Positions 17,119-32,435 of a DNA stretch of 64,000 bases are shown here, piece by piece. The stretch lies in the NCBI RefSeq assembly GCF_009914755.1, contig NC_060927.1; one strand, written 5' to 3'. A model generated the notes under the pieces. That model saw only the letters and a program-made list of their open reading frames with translations. It was not told the DNA's origin and ran no database searches. A program made the translations under genes and the position numbers. This DNA comes from the human T2T-CHM13v2.0 reference genome, Homo sapiens. Every line of letters starts with the position of its first letter. Position 1 is the first letter of the stretch.

Positions 17119-17754
17119 GTAAGCACATTTTAAAAATAGTTTAGGTACAGAAGGATGACCCTCATGCTACAGAAGGGAAGGCGGGAGGAGAGCTTTAAAC
17201 ACAGAAAAAGAATTTGGATTTCTGGGGCAAACACTAGACAGGACCTCCAGGAGGAACTCAGAGGAGCACAGGCTTTTCTGACCCAGCCCTCCTGGGTGAG
17301 ACCAAGGGTTCAGGCTCCACCCATACTCCACTCTCACTTTCCTGGAGAAAAACGAATGCTATGAAAGAAACAGAATAGCCAATGTAACAAGAATGCAGCA
17401 ATTACATGACAACAAAACCATCAACCAAAGCACAAAACAACACTCATTTCTATGATTAAAAAACAATGAATGCAAAAAAGGCAGCAGTTAAGAATCATGA
17501 CAAACTCAAGACAGCACGAATGATGTCTGAAAACAGAGTGTCCTTCCAAAAACTGCAGGAATTCCAAATGATCTCGGTAGGAACTCCCCAGTGCTGCCAA
17601 GTGTGCCAGGCCAGACTTCCTGGCAGGACACACCCCAGACGCCACAGGAAACTCAAGGACCGCTCATTTTATTTTATGACTATCAAATTTTAGTAACTCC
17701 TAATAACTGTTTTCTTAGGAAAAGGCTTTGGGGCACATGTAAAAATGAATTGCT

Positions 17755-18066
<312 letters not shown>

Positions 18067-19535
18067 TTATCACTCCCCTGAAGAACCCCTGAAAAGACTG
18101 TGTGTTTGGGTCGGCTGGAGGCACATCTAAAATAACTCCTTCCCCACCTCCTGATGCATGCCCCTCAGAGGGTGGGGCCCACACCTGGAGGGACACCAAT
18201 GATGCGTCCATTTACTGCATCGACTGCAAAGCTCTAGCCAGAGCCTTTTCTCTGCAGACATCACTGCCCCCCTGAGCTATGCCAGGCTCTTGGACAGGGC
18301 TAAGTCAGAGAGGGCCAGAGCACCTTCCTGGCATAATTCTCACCCTCTCCCAGAGCTTAGGAGCTCCCTAACTCTTGTCATCGGTCCCTGCACAATTCAT
18401 TGCCTGGCTGTCCTATAGCTGGAGGCAGAAGAATTTTCTCTTCCCTGACAAACCACGAGGAGCTGTATTTCACCTCCTGCTGGGTACTCCACAGCATAAC
18501 CCAGCCCAGAGTTGAGCACGCAATGGGCAGGAACCTGACAGCTGACAGAGGGAAAGAGGCAGGAGGGAGGGAGGTGAAGGGAGGGCAGGCGTGCCTCCCC
18601 CTGGCTCCCTAGAACTACAGAAACCCCTAGCGGGGATTCCTGCAAGCCCTGGGCTCTTCAGAATGCAAGTTGAAACAGCTCACTGCCGCAGCCCCTCATT
18701 TCACAGGTGGGGAAACTGGTGAGGCCAAGAGAGACAAAGTGGCTCAGCCCTAGGCACATACGTGGCTAATGGCGGAGCTGTGAGCAACACCTCCATCTGT
18801 CTGCCCTCTAGAATCTAGAACAGAACCACGTCCTTCTCAAGTCTGAGCCACCCACAGCTCCTGTACTGGGCTGTCCAGAGAGGTCATGTATGGGGCACCT
18901 GATGGGGTAGAAGTAACTATTTGGAGAAGCAGCTTCCAACCCTGGCTCTGCCACTTAAAAGGCTGTATAACCCTGGGCAGGTCTTGCAACTCCTCAGCTT
19001 CACCTGTAACCCCACAGGATGGGTAGAAGGGTTGGTGAGCTGACAGAGCTGCACCTGGGTCACTGCAAAGGCTCACCAATGCTAGATCTTCACCCTAGGC
19101 CCTGTCGGTGAGCTCGTCTCCTCTCTTCTTCAGACTCCTGCCCAGTGGAGCCCCCTGAGCCCTTGCCTCACAACAAAGAGGACACTCAGAGGCCTCCAGA
19201 GTGCTGGAACTTGCCTGCAAAGTCCCAGCCAGAATGGATGGGCTTGCTTTTCCCTGTGGCAGGACAACCTCCCAACAGGAACCGAGCTTCAACTCTCAAC
19301 TCCTGAGTCTCTGGTTCACCAAGCACCTTCTTTTTCACTTCTGGTCTGCTGGGCTGGAGGAGCAGGCCTCCACCATATGGCCCACTGTCCCCTGGGCTAC
19401 CAGGACCTGCCTGGTCTGGAAACTGCTGGAAAACTCATCCAGCCACAGTTCAGATAACTGCTACCCTAAGGCCCCAAACACCCCTTCTCACCATTAAGAG
19501 GCTCAGGACATGGTTCACCATGGCCAGAAACTGGT

Positions 19536-19904
19536 TGATATGGTTTGGCTGTGTCCCCACCCAAATCTCATCTTGAATTGTAGTTCCCATAATCCCCACA
19601 TGTGGTGGGGGGGACCTGGTGGGGGGTAATTTAATCATGGGGGGCAGTTATCCTCATGCTGTTCTCATGCTAGTGAGTGAGTTCTCTGAGATCCAACGGT
19701 TTTATAAGGGGCTTTTCCCCCTTTTCCTTGGCACTTCTCCTTGGTGTCGGCATGTGAAGAAGGACGTATTTGCTTCCCCTTCCATGACTGTAAGTTTCCT
19801 GAGGCCTCCCCAGCCATGCTGAACTGTCTATTAAACCTCTTTCCTTTATAAATCACCCAGTCTCAGGTATGTCTTTATGAACAGCGTGAGAACAGATTAA
19901 TACA
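19536..19904 (+). mobile_element. THE1D-like MaLR solo LTR
   Basis: TGATATGGTTTGGCTGTGTCCCCACCCAAATCTCATCTTGAATTG...ATTAATACA with perfect 5-bp TSD CTGGT. Confidence 0.9.
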
Positions 19905-20587
19905 CTGGTCAATATCCAGGGCTCCAGAACCCATTAAGGATCACTGTAGGGAGATCCTAGAAACCAGACACACTCTAGGAGTTAGACCCTCCAAGGCTTC
20001 CAGTCCAAGCATGACCAGACCTGCCAGAAATTCCACATAAGCTGGACCTATCACACACTGGATGATGCATCTCTCTTTCCTGGAGACAGACGCCCAGAAA
20101 ATCCTTCTAATTGCGCATCAGAGTTTCTTCAGAAGTTCTACATGGTCGTAATTTGCACCTCTCACATCTAGATTTGCTATTTTAAAATCAGATAAATACA
20201 GATTCAAACTAGAAAGAACAAGAGCATAAATTTGGATGGAGGATCATCTAATCCAACCCACCATTTTTCAGATGAGCAAACAAAGTATGGGGGTTGAGCA
20301 GTGGGGAAAGAAGGGGGCGAGTGCAAGGGGCAGAGTCCAGACCAGAGCCCAGAGACCCCCTGTGTCCTCATAAATGGACCCCGGGAGCTATGCAACCAAG
20401 GCCCTGCCCTTGATTCTTGGTGTAGGAAGCTCGGTGGTACAAAGGGCTTGGTCTGGCTCCCTCGTCCACTCTTTCATGTTCAGTGGAGCTATTCTCCCTG
20501 ATACAGGGCCTGGGCAGTGTTGGAACCAGGGAAATGGATGCAAAAGTCAGACACCCAGGGGCTATTGCTCCTGGAAGCCCAGGTTAC

Positions 20588-20735
20588 CTTTGGGCATGAT
20601 CTGATGCATGGCGACCGAGAGGAAGAAGATGGAGTCACTGTAGTAGGTTCCCAAGCCAGCACTGAAGTGCTTCTGCATGGCCTCCACGATGGGGAAGAGC
20701 TTATCCGTCAGCACAGCAACATCGTGGAAGATGAC
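20588..20735 (-). CDS. XXYLT1: Internal coding exon (exon 2) of xyloside xylosyltransferase 1, GT8 family
   Basis: Translates to VIFHDVAVLTDKLFPIVEAMQKHFSAGLGTYYSDSIFFLSVAMHQIMPK, which I recognise as human XXYLT1. Acceptor TTTTTTTTGCACCTGCTGCAG, donor AAG|GTAACC; 148 bp, phase 0 to phase 1. Confidence 0.95.
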
Positions 20736-21419
20736 CTGCAGCAGGTGCAAAAAAAACCAAGGCTCAGCAAACCAGTTCTCACTGCAAGCTCAACACCCAA
20801 CAAGCACCTGGGCCCACAGAGGCAGAGGCAGACAGTGCCTCTCCAGGGTCCACAAGCAGGGGATGGGGCTAGGGGTAGCAACGGAGAGTTAAGGAAACGA
20901 GAAACAACCAGGAGTCAGAATTGAGGCCGCACTAAGGAGATGGGGACACTGTGTGAGGGGTGGCATGCAGGCATGCATGTACGGGCTGTGCAGTGGAAGA
21001 GAAGTGGGAGGACAGGAAATGGAAACAGCCCCTAGTCTGCTTCCTGCTTTTGAACATGAAGCTGGGCCCCCCTGAAGGTAGCTCTGTGCCCAGCGACTGG
21101 AAACCACGTGAGAGTGTGTGATCCTCATCACATTGCATGGCTAACACTGCTCCAGGCATCGCCACCTCCTGGTGGCCACTGCATCTGTTCCATAGGCCAG
21201 TCCGATGCTCCAGCTCTACCTCCCTCATCCAACAGTGTGAACAAGGAGAGGGTCTGGCCACTGGAAAATGGAACCCGGAAACTGCTCTGTGCTGCAGTAA
21301 ACTCACACTCAACTAGCATTTCTTGAGTATCACTGACACTCTGGAGGCACTGTGAGAAGTATAAGGAATAACCAGGTACACTTTCCTCAAAGCACTTAGA
21401 AGTCCAGAGGTATAATCAG

Positions 21420-21650
21420 CTACGGCAGAGCTTTGCAATTTATGAAACACTCTCACATACCCACACTGATCCCCACGACAACCTAGGGCTTCTGTGAGGC
21501 AGACATCACTATTATAGCCTCCAAATTACAAATAAGGACGCAGACACTCAGACAGGTTACACTTGCAGCAAGTCACACAGATAATAAATGCAGAGTCAGA
21601 ACTTGACCCTGGCCTCCAGATTCTCAGCCCCACACTCTTTCCACCATAAA
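21420..21650 (-). mobile_element. MIR fragment
   Basis: MIR-like core (ATTACAAATAAGGACGCAGACACTCAGACAGGTTA..GTCACACAG). Confidence 0.5.
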
Positions 21651-22365
21651 CGCATCCTCATTCCTTAACAGCAACCAACAAAGGATGAAGACATCAGCTC
21701 AACCCGCGATTAGAGCAGACAAGAGTACTAACGCGATCCTGAGTTGGGTTTCCTTGTCTAACTCTACTCCAGAAGATGAGAAGTATGGCCCATGCGCAGC
21801 CCCAGCTTCACATGTGATACCAGATGACCATGTACTGGTCCCACAGGTCTTGCAAGTTTTTCCTGTTGTTCCATGTGCCCCCACAGGATCTAGATCCTTC
21901 TACGACACACAGGAGGCACTCAAGCCAGAAGGCTGGGTGTTCCTCCACCTTCTTCCTCAGTGCTCCTAAGAGTTCTGCAAGCGCCACCTCCCGCCACCAT
22001 CTTCTCTGGTATGTGACAGGACAAGCCTGCCACACTGCATCCTAGCTGCTCAATCACCACCTCATCAACTCCGAAGAGCCCACCTGAACAGGTGCCAGCA
22101 GCAAAAGGCAAAGCCACGTGAACCCCTGACTGCCCTGTTTACACTGTCACTTGCCCTGCCAGACAGTGGCAAGTGGTGCCCTTGAAGCTCTCCAATAGGC
22201 GGGCTCCACTCCATCACTCACCTTTCCCCTTTCCCTCCACCTGCCCTTCCAGTCTCAGGGTGCTGCCTGCACTACCTGCACTTCCAGAGCCATCGGTGGT
22301 CGTGGCCCTGTAAACCACCGTCTGCTCTTCCCTACTGTTGGTTCTGCTTTTGGCCTATATTTCAC

Positions 22366-22990
<625 letters not shown>

Positions 22991-25900
22991 TGTATCTCTT
23001 ACATAGCTTATTTCTCTTATATTTCTTTTTAACCTATATCTCTCTTAGTTCACCTTTCCTTTTATTCTTGGGTCTCTTTTAATTTCTAAAACACTATTAA
23101 ATTTAGAAAAACTTTGTTACTATTTTTTTATTTTTAATTTTTGTGGATAGAGTATGTATATATATTTATGGAGTATATGAGATATTTTCATACAAGCATA
23201 CAATGCATAATAATCATATCAAGGTAAATGAGGTATCCATCACCTCAAGCATTTATCCTTTGTGTTACAAACAATCCAATTATTTTAGTTATTTGAAAAT
23301 GTGTAATTAAACTACTTTTTACTGTAGTCATCCTATTGTGCTAGCAAATACTAGGTCTTACTCACCCTTTGCCAATATTTTTTGTATCCATTAACCATCT
23401 CCTCCTCCCCCAACTCACTCCACTACTTTTCCCAGCCTCTGATAACCATCATTCTAATCTCCATCTCCACGAGTTTAACTGTTTTAATTTCTACCTCCCA
23501 CAAATAAGAACATGCAAAGTTTGTCTTTCTGTGCCTGGCTTATGCCACTTAACAAAACGATCTCCGGTTCCATCACTGTTGTTGCAAATGACAGGATCTC
23601 ATTCTTATTTATGGCTGAATAGTACTCCATTTTGTATATGTACTGTTTTCTTTTTCCATTCATCAGCTGATGGAACCTTAGGCTGCTTCCAAATCCCAGC
23701 TATTGTGAATAGTGCTGCAATAAACATGGGGGTGCAGATATGTCTTCGATATACTTAATTCCTTTCTTTTGGGTATATATCTAGCAGTGGGATTGCAGGA
23801 TCATATGCTAGCTCTATTTTCAGTTTTTTGAGGAACCGCCAATCTGTTCTCCATAGTGATTGTACTAATTCACACCAACAGTATATGAAGGTTCCCTTTT
23901 CTCTACATCCTCACCAGCATTTGTTACTGCCTGTCTTTTGGAGAAAAACCATTTGAACTGGAGTGAGATGATATCTCATTGTAGGTTTGATTTGCATTTT
24001 TCTGATGATCAATGATGTTGAGCACCTTTTCATATACATGTTTGCCATTTGTATGTCTTCTCTGGAGAAACATCTATTCAGATATTTTGCCCAATTTTTA
24101 ATTAGATTATTAAATTTTTTTCCTACAGGGTTGTTTGAGCCCCTTATATAATCTGGTTATTAATCCCTTGTCAGATAGACAGTTTACAAATATTTTCTCC
24201 CATTCTCTGGGCTCTCTCTTCACTTTGCTGATTGTTTCCTTCACTGTGCAGAAGCTTTTCAACTGGATGTGATCCCATTTGTCCATTTTCACTTTGATTG
24301 CCTATGCCTGTGGTGTATCACGCAAGAAATCTTTGCCAAGTCCAATGTCCTGGAGAGTTTCCCCCAATGTTTTCTTTTGGTAGTGTCATAATTTGTGGTC
24401 TTAGATTTAAGTCTTTAATCCACTTTGTTTTTTTATATGGCAAGAGAGAGAGGTCTAGATGCATTCTTCTGCATAAGGTTATCCAGTTTTCCCAGCTTCA
24501 TTTATTAAAGAGATTGTCCTTTCCCCAGTGTATGTTCTTGGAACCATTGTCAAATATGAGTTCATTGTAGATGTATGGATTTATTCCTGGGTTCTCTATT
24601 CTGTTGCATTGGTCTACGTGTCTGTTTTTATGCCAGAACCATGCTGTTTTGGTTACTATAACTCTGTAGTATAACTTGAAGTCACATCATGTAATTCCTC
24701 CAGTTTTATTCTTTCTGCTCAAGATAGCTTTGGCTATTCTGGGTCTTTTGTGGTTCCATATAAATTTTAGGATTTTTTTCCTATTTCTGTGAAGAATGTC
24801 ATTGGTATTTTGATTGGGATTGCATTGAATCTGTAGATTGCTTTGGGTAGTATGGAAAGTTTAACAATATTGGTTCTTCCAATCCATGAATATGGCTTAT
24901 CTTTCCATTTCTTGGTGTCCTCTTCAGTTTCTTGCATCAGTGTTTTATTGTTTTCATCCTAGAGAGCTTTCACTTGTTTGGTTAATCCCTAGGTATTTTA
25001 TTTGTAGCAATTATAAATGGAATTACTTTCTTGATTTCTTTTTCAGATTGTTCACTGTTGGCATATAGAAATGCTAATGATTTTTGTATGTTGAATTTGT
25101 ATTCTGCAACTTTACTAAATGTATTGATTAGTTCTAATCAATACATTTTTTGTTTTGTTTTTTGGTGGAGTCTTTAGGTTTTTCCAAATAGGAGGTCATA
25201 TCATCTGCAAACAAGTGTAATTTGACTTCTTCCTTTCCCATTTGGATAGGCTTTATGTCGTTCTCTTGTCTGATTGCTCTAGCTAGGATTTCCAGTACTA
25301 TGTTGCTATTCAACATAGTGGGCATCCTTGTTATTTCAGATCTTAGAGGAAAGGCTTTCAGTTTTTCCCCATTCAGTATGATTATTTGCTGTGGGCCTGT
25401 TGCATATGGCTTTTATTATATTGAGGTATGTTCCCTCTATACTCAGTTTTTTGAGGATTTTTATCATGAAGTGATGTTGAATTTTATCAAATGCTTTTTC
25501 AGCATCAACTGAAATGATCATATGGTTTTTGCCCTTCATTTAGTTGATATGATGTATCACACTGATTGGTTTGTGAACGTTGAACCATTCTTGTATCCTT
25601 GGGATAAATTCCACTTGGTCATGATGAATGATTTTTTTTTTTTTTTAAATGTACTGCTGACTTTGGTTTGTTAGCATTTTGTTGAGAATTTTTGCATCAG
25701 TGTTCATCAGGGATACTAGCCTATAGTTTTCTTTTACTGATGTGTCTGTCTGGTTTTTGGTATCAGGGTAATTCTGGCCTCATAAAATGAGTTTGGAAGT
25801 ATTCCCTCCTCCCCTATTTTTCAGAATAGTTTGAGTAGGGTTGGTATTACTTCTTCTTTAAATGGTAGAACTTAGCAGAGAAGCCATTGCATCCTTGGCT

Positions 25901-27787
25901 TTTCTTTGCTAGGAGACTTATTATGGCTTTGATCTAATTACTTGTTATTGGTCTGTTCAGATTTTGGATTTCTTCATGATTCTATCTTAGTAGGTTGTAT
26001 GTGTCTAGAAACTTATCCATTTCTTCTAGGTTTTCCAATTTATTGGTATATAGTTGTTCACAGTAGCCACTAATGATCCTTTGAATTTATGCAGTATGAG
26101 TTGTAATATCTCCTTTTTCATCTCTGATTTTATTTATTTGGGTCTTCTCTCTTTTTTTTCTTAGTCTGGCTAAAGGTTTGTCAATTTTATCTTTTCAAAA
26201 TACCAAAAAAAAACTTTTCATTTCATTGATCTTTTGTATTGTTTACTCTGTTTCAATTTCATGTATTTCTGCTCTAATTTTTATTACTTCTTTTCTTCCA
26301 CTAACTTTGGGTTTGGTTTGCTGTTGCTTTTCTAGTTCTAAGACGCATCATTAGGTGGTTTATTTGAACTTTTTCTTCTTTTTTGATGTAGGCATTTATA
26401 GCCATAAACTTCTCTTAGTACTGCTTTGCTGTATTTCATAGGTTTTGGTATGTTGTGTTTCTATTATCATTTGTTTCAAGAAATTTTTCAATTTCTTTCT
26501 TAACCTCTTCATTGACCAACTGGTCATTCAGAGGCATATTGTTCAGTTTCCATGTGTTTGTATAGTTTCCAAAATTCCTGTTATTAATTTCTAGTTTTAT
26601 TCCATTGTAGTCAGAGAAGATACTTGATATTATTTCAGTTTTTTGGAATGTTTTAAGATTTGTTTTGCAACCTAGCATATGGTCTATCCTTGAGAATGAT
26701 CCATGTGCTGAGCAGAAGAATGTGTATTCTGCAACTATGGAATGAAATGTTCTGTAAGTATCTATTAGGTCCATTTCGTCTATGGTGCAGATTAAGTCTG
26801 ATGTTTCTTTGTTGATTTTCTGTCTGGATGATCTGTCCAATGCTGAAAGTGGGGTGTTGAGGTCTCCAGCTATCATTGTATTGGGGTCTATCTCCATCTT
26901 TCACTCTGATAATATTTGCTTTATATATCTGAGTGCACTAGTGTTGGATGCATATATAACTGTTATATCCTTATGCTGAATTGACCCCTTTATCATTATA
27001 CAACAAACTTGTCTCTTTTTATATTTTTTTCTTGAAATCGATTTATCTGATATAAGTATAGCTACTTCTGCTCCTTTTTGGTTTCCGTTGGCATGAAATA
27101 TCTTTTGCCATACCTTTATTTTCAGTCTATGTGTGTTTTTATAAATGAAGTGTGTTTCCTGTAGGCAATAGATCATTGGGTCTTAAAAAAAATCTATTCA
27201 TTCACTCTTTGTCTTTTGATTGGAGAGTTTACTCCATTTACATTCAATGTTATTATTGATTAAGTAAGGACTTACTCCTGCCATTTTGTTATTTGTTTTC
27301 TAGCTGTTTTCTGGTCTTCCCTTTTAGTAAAGGTGATTTTCTCTGGTGTTATGTTTTATTTTCATGCTTTTTACTTTTTCATATCCATTGTATGTTTTTA
27401 GACTTGAGGTTGCCATGAGATTTGCAAATAATATTTTATAACACATTATTTTAAACTGATGACAAATTAACACTGATTACATAAACAAACATACTAAAAA
27501 ACAAGCAAAAAGAAAACTAATAAAAACTCTATAACTTCATCTCCCCACTTTTTAACTTTTTGTTGTTTCTATTTACATCTTGCTGTACTGTCTTGAAAAG
27601 TTATTATTTTTGATTGGTTTATCTTTTCATCTTTGTACTTAAGATATCAGAAATATACACATTGCAATTATAGTGTTTTAACAGTCTGTGTTTTTCTCTG
27701 CACCATTACCAGTGAACTTTTCACCTGCAGATGATTTCTTATTGCTCATTAACATCCTTTTATTTCAGACTAAATAAATCCCTTTAG

Positions 27788-28095
<308 letters not shown>

Positions 28096-28188
28096 AGCAT
28101 TTCTTGTACGATAGGTCTGGTATTGATGAAATCCATCAAGCTTTTGTTTGTCTGGGTAAGTCTTTATTTCTCCTTCATGTTTGAAGGA

Positions 28189-28497
28189 TTTTTTTTTTTT
28201 TTTTTTTTTTTTTTGAGACAGAGTCTCACTCTGTCGCCCAGGCTGGAGTGCAGTGGCACAATCTCAGCTCACTGCAACCTCTTGCCTCCCAGATTAAAGC
28301 GATTGTCCTGCCTCAGCCTCCCAAGTAGCTGGGATTACAGGCGTCTGCCACCATGCCTGGCTAATTTTTATATTTTTAGTAAAGACGGGGTTTCACCATC
28401 TTGGCCAGGCTGGTCTTGAACTCCTGACCTCAAGTGATCCACCTGCCTCAGCCTCCCAAAGTGCTCGGATTACAGGCATGAGCCACCGCACCCAGCC
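28189..28497 (-). mobile_element. AluS inside L1MA
   Basis: Poly-T plus reverse dimer; TSD TGAAGGAT. Confidence 0.92.
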
Positions 28498-28957
28498 TGA
28501 AGGATATTTTTGCCATATATGCTATTTAAGTTTTTTCCCTTCAACACTTTAAGTATGTCATGCCACTCTCTCCTGGCCTGTAAGGTTCTCACCAAAAAGT
28601 CTGCTGCCAGACGTACTGGAGCTCTATTTTATGTCATTTGTTTATCTTGCTACTTTTAGGATCCTTTCTTTATTCTTGACTTTTGAGAGTTTGTTATTAA
28701 ATGCCTTGAGGTAGACGTCTTTGGGCTAAATCTGCTTGGTGTTCTATAACCTTCCTGTACTTGAATATTTATATCTTTCTCTAGGTTTGGGAAGTTCTCT
28801 GTTATTATCCCTTTAAATAAACTTTCTACTGCTGTCTCTCTCTCTACCTCCTCTTTAAAGCCAGTAACTCTTAGATTTGCCCCATTGAGGCAATTTTCCA
28901 GATCTCGTAGGCAAGCTTCATTCTTTTTTACTCTTTCTTTTGTCTCCTCTGACTGTT

Positions 28958-29100
28958 CTTTCTTGCTTGCTTTCTTTTCTCGCTCTCTTGCTTTCTTTTT
29001 TTGAGACAGGGTCTGGCTCTGTCATCCAGGCTGGAGTGCAGTGGGGCAATCTTGCCTCACTGCAACCTCTGCCTCCCAGGCTCAAGCCATCCTCCCAGCT
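28958..29100 (-). mobile_element. Partial Alu right arm (AluJ-like)
   Basis: GAGACAGGGTCT...GGCTCAAGCCATCCTCCC, truncated. Confidence 0.8.
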
Positions 29101-29770
29101 CTAACTGTGTATTTTCACATAGCCTCTTAAAGTTTACTATTTCATTCTTCTACTTGATTAATTCTACTATTAGGAGATTCTGATGCATTCTTCAGTAAGT
29201 CAATTGCATTTTTCAGCTCCAGAATTTCTGCTTGACTGTTTTTAATTATTTCAATTTGTTTGTTAAATTTATCTGATAGGATTCTGAATTCCTTCTCTGT
29301 GCTATCTTGAATTTCTTTGAGTTTCCTCAAAACAGCTATTTTCAATTCTCTGTTTGAAAGATCACATATCTCTGTTTCTCCAAGACTGGCCCCTGGTGCC
29401 TTATTTAGTTCACTTGGTGAGGTCCTATTTTCCTGGATGGTCTTGATGCTAGTGGATGTTTGTAGGTGTCTGGCCATTGAAGAGTTAGGTATTTATTGTA
29501 GTCTTTGCAGTCTGGGTTTGTTTGTACTCATCCTTCTTGGGGAGGCTTTCCAGGTATTCAAAGGACGTGGGTGTTGTGATCTAAGTTTTTGGTCACTGCA
29601 GCTGTATCTGCATTAGGGGGCATACCAAGCCCAGCAATGCCGTGGTTCTTGCAGATTTGTAGATGCACCACCTTGATGGTCTTAGATCACATCTGGAAGA
29701 ATTCTCCGAATTACTTGTTCTCTTCCCTATCTCCCAGATGAATGCAATCTCTCTATATATCTATAAATAT

Positions 29771-29830
29771 ATAGACATAGACATAGACATAGACATAGAC
29801 ATAGACATAGACATAGACATAGACATAGAC
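29771..29830. repeat. (ATAGAC)10 hexanucleotide microsatellite
   Basis: Ten perfect units, read directly. Confidence 0.97.
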
Positions 29831-31779
29831 ATAGAGATATACACCTGGCTGGGCTGCCTGGAGATTGGGGAGGGGTGACACCCCTGTCACTATCACCACT
29901 GGGACTGCACTTGGTCAGATCTGAAGCCAGCACACCACTGAGTTTTGCCCGAGGCCTGCTATAACCACTAGCTGACTACTCTCTATGTTCAATCAAGGCC
30001 CTAGGGCCCTACAATTAGCAGGTGGCAAAGACTGCCAGGCTTGTGTCCTTCCCTTAAGGGCAGTGAGTTCTCTTGGGCCCCAGGCAGGTCCAGAGATGCT
30101 ATCTGTGAGCCAGGGCCTGCAATCGGAAGCCCTAGAAATCTGCCTGGTGCTCTATTCTACTGCGGTTAAGCTGGCAACAAAACCACAAGATAAAGTCCTT
30201 CCCACTCTTCCCTCCTCTTTCTCCAGGCAGAGGACTCTCTCCCTGTGTCCAGTACCACCACAGGCCCATGGGGAGTGCTGCCAGAGCGCCACCAATGTTC
30301 ACTTAATGCCCAAGGACTCTTTAGTCAGCTTGTGGTGAATGCTGCCAGTCCTGGGACTCTCTTCAGGGCAGTGAGCTCCCCTCTGGCCTGGGGTAGGTCC
30401 AGAAATGCTATCCCAGAGCCAAGGCCTGGAACTGGGGACCCCAAGGGCCCAGTTGGTGCTCCCCCTATGTCTGAGCTGGTATCTAAGCTGCGAGACACAG
30501 TCCCCTTTATTCTTCCCTCTCCTTTACTCAAGCAGAAGGAGTCTCTCCTCGTTAACCACCACAGCTGTGAATGTGCTGGATCCCATCTGAAGCCAGCAGG
30601 TCTCAGAGTCTCACCCAAGGCCCATGGTATGTACTACCTGGTTACCACTGCTGATTATTCAGGGTCCAGGGGCTCTTTCGTCAGCAGGTGATGATTCCTG
30701 CCATTACTGGGTCCTTCCCTTCAGGGCAGTAGGCTCCCTTCTGGCCCAGGGTGTCTAGAAATGTCATCTAAGATCTAGGGCATGGAATGGGGGCCTCATG
30801 ACTCTGCCTGGTGCCTTATCCTACCGTGACTGAGCTGGTACCCAAGTTGCATGACAAAGTCCTCTTTACTCTCCTCTCCTCTAACAGAAGGAGGGGGTCT
30901 CTTTTGGAGCTGTGAGCTGCGCTGCCTGGGTTTGGGGGATAGGGGATGCAAGTGCTCCCTGAGCCACCCTGGCTGGTGTCTCATTAGGTCATGTAACCCC
31001 CAAGTCCACTGGCTCTGAGCCCAGCACAGCACTAGGACTCACCTGGGTGTTGCAGTCCTTGTGGCCTGGTTTATTTAGAACCCAGAACACTTTAACCTAT
31101 GGTAACAAGGCTTGCTGGAACTCAAGTTCTGACTGCTGAGATGGGTGATTCTCCTCTGTCTAGGCTGGTCTAAATGCTCCCTCCGTGGGCATCGGCTGAG
31201 TTCTACCCACTGCTGGCAGCAATGAGTTCCAATGCAAAGTCCCACAACTGCTGCACTCTCCTTTCCCCGTCACACAGGTTCTCTCTGAGCACCATGTGGC
31301 CACCGCCACAGGGATGGAGTCAGTGATCAAGACTGTCTTTCCTACCCTCTGCAGTGCTTCTTTCGGTAATATGAAGTTAAAACCAGGTACTGTGATCGCT
31401 CACCTGATTTTTAGTGCCCACGAAGGTGCTTTTTTGGTGTAGATCGTTGTCAAATTTGGTGTTCTTGTGAGGAGGATGGTTGGTGGAGGCTTCTGTTTGG
31501 CCACCTTGCTCCACCTCCAGCCTAACCATAAAAACCTTTTATGCCACATTGGTCCTCCTCATTCCCTAAAACTTGTTTTATGTAACACTTTAAATCTTCT
31601 GCCTCATTATAAAAGCCTTTTTAAAAATGTCTTCATGCTTCTCTTCTAAGGTACCGTTTCCTTTATCCTTTTCTGGCTACTGGTTTGTTTGTTGTTTGTT
31701 TGTTTTTAATACTTTTTTCCAGACACAGAATCCAGACCAGTTCCTGCTATTTTCCAACAGAAATCTCAAATTATGTTTC

Positions 31780-32435
31780 TCATTCCCACACCCCTCCGCT
31801 TCCTCTCACCCCTGCCCCTGCGACCTCTCTGACAGGTTTCCCTACCTCCTACCTTCCCCACTGCCCCATTCTGTTATACCTCCAGAATTGTTTTCCAAAT
31901 AGAGAAATTCGTTTTTCTCTCTCCCTGGCTTCAAGACCTCCGACGACTCGTCGCTCCCTTAGTTACAGTCCGAATCCTCTAGCAAGGCCTCTAAGCCGCT
32001 GCAATAGTGGTTCTGGCCCCGTCCCCCGACCTCCCCGCCTCGTGTGACTGGGCAGCACTGAACCAGGCAGTCTCCCGTCTACTGGCCACACCTGGATGAC
32101 CTACATCCTTGCATGCCTGTACTTGCTCTTCCCACCGTCTGTAATTACCTCTCCCAGCCCCCATCTGCCTGGTAAGATCCTATCCAGTTTTCCAATCCTC
32201 CCCTCCAGCCTTCCCACAGCCTCCCACAATTCACCAGGCCCTTCCTAACACCCTGCATCGCATGGGGGCTCCACTCACCCTGTCTGACTCACTTTTCAGG
32301 GCTCTGTTTCTCTATCGGCTGCATGGGGCACTCCTCGTAGGCAGAGGCCGTGACTGCTCTGTGCCCTGTATCCAGCCACTGGCCACATGACAGGCCACCC
32401 ATACATCCATACAGGTTTGCTAAACTAAGTGAACT
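31780..32435 (+). mobile_element. L2 3' region
   Basis: Pyrimidine-rich L2 motifs ending GTTTGCTAAACTAAGTGAA. Confidence 0.55.

Noticed and set aside
21161-21178. CTCF-like GCCACCTCCTGGTGGCCA near the exon
   Set aside because: Mismatches at key core positions; too weak without data.
29663-29933. ORFs with DIDIDI / CLCLCL runs
   Set aside because: Translations of the ATAGAC microsatellite.
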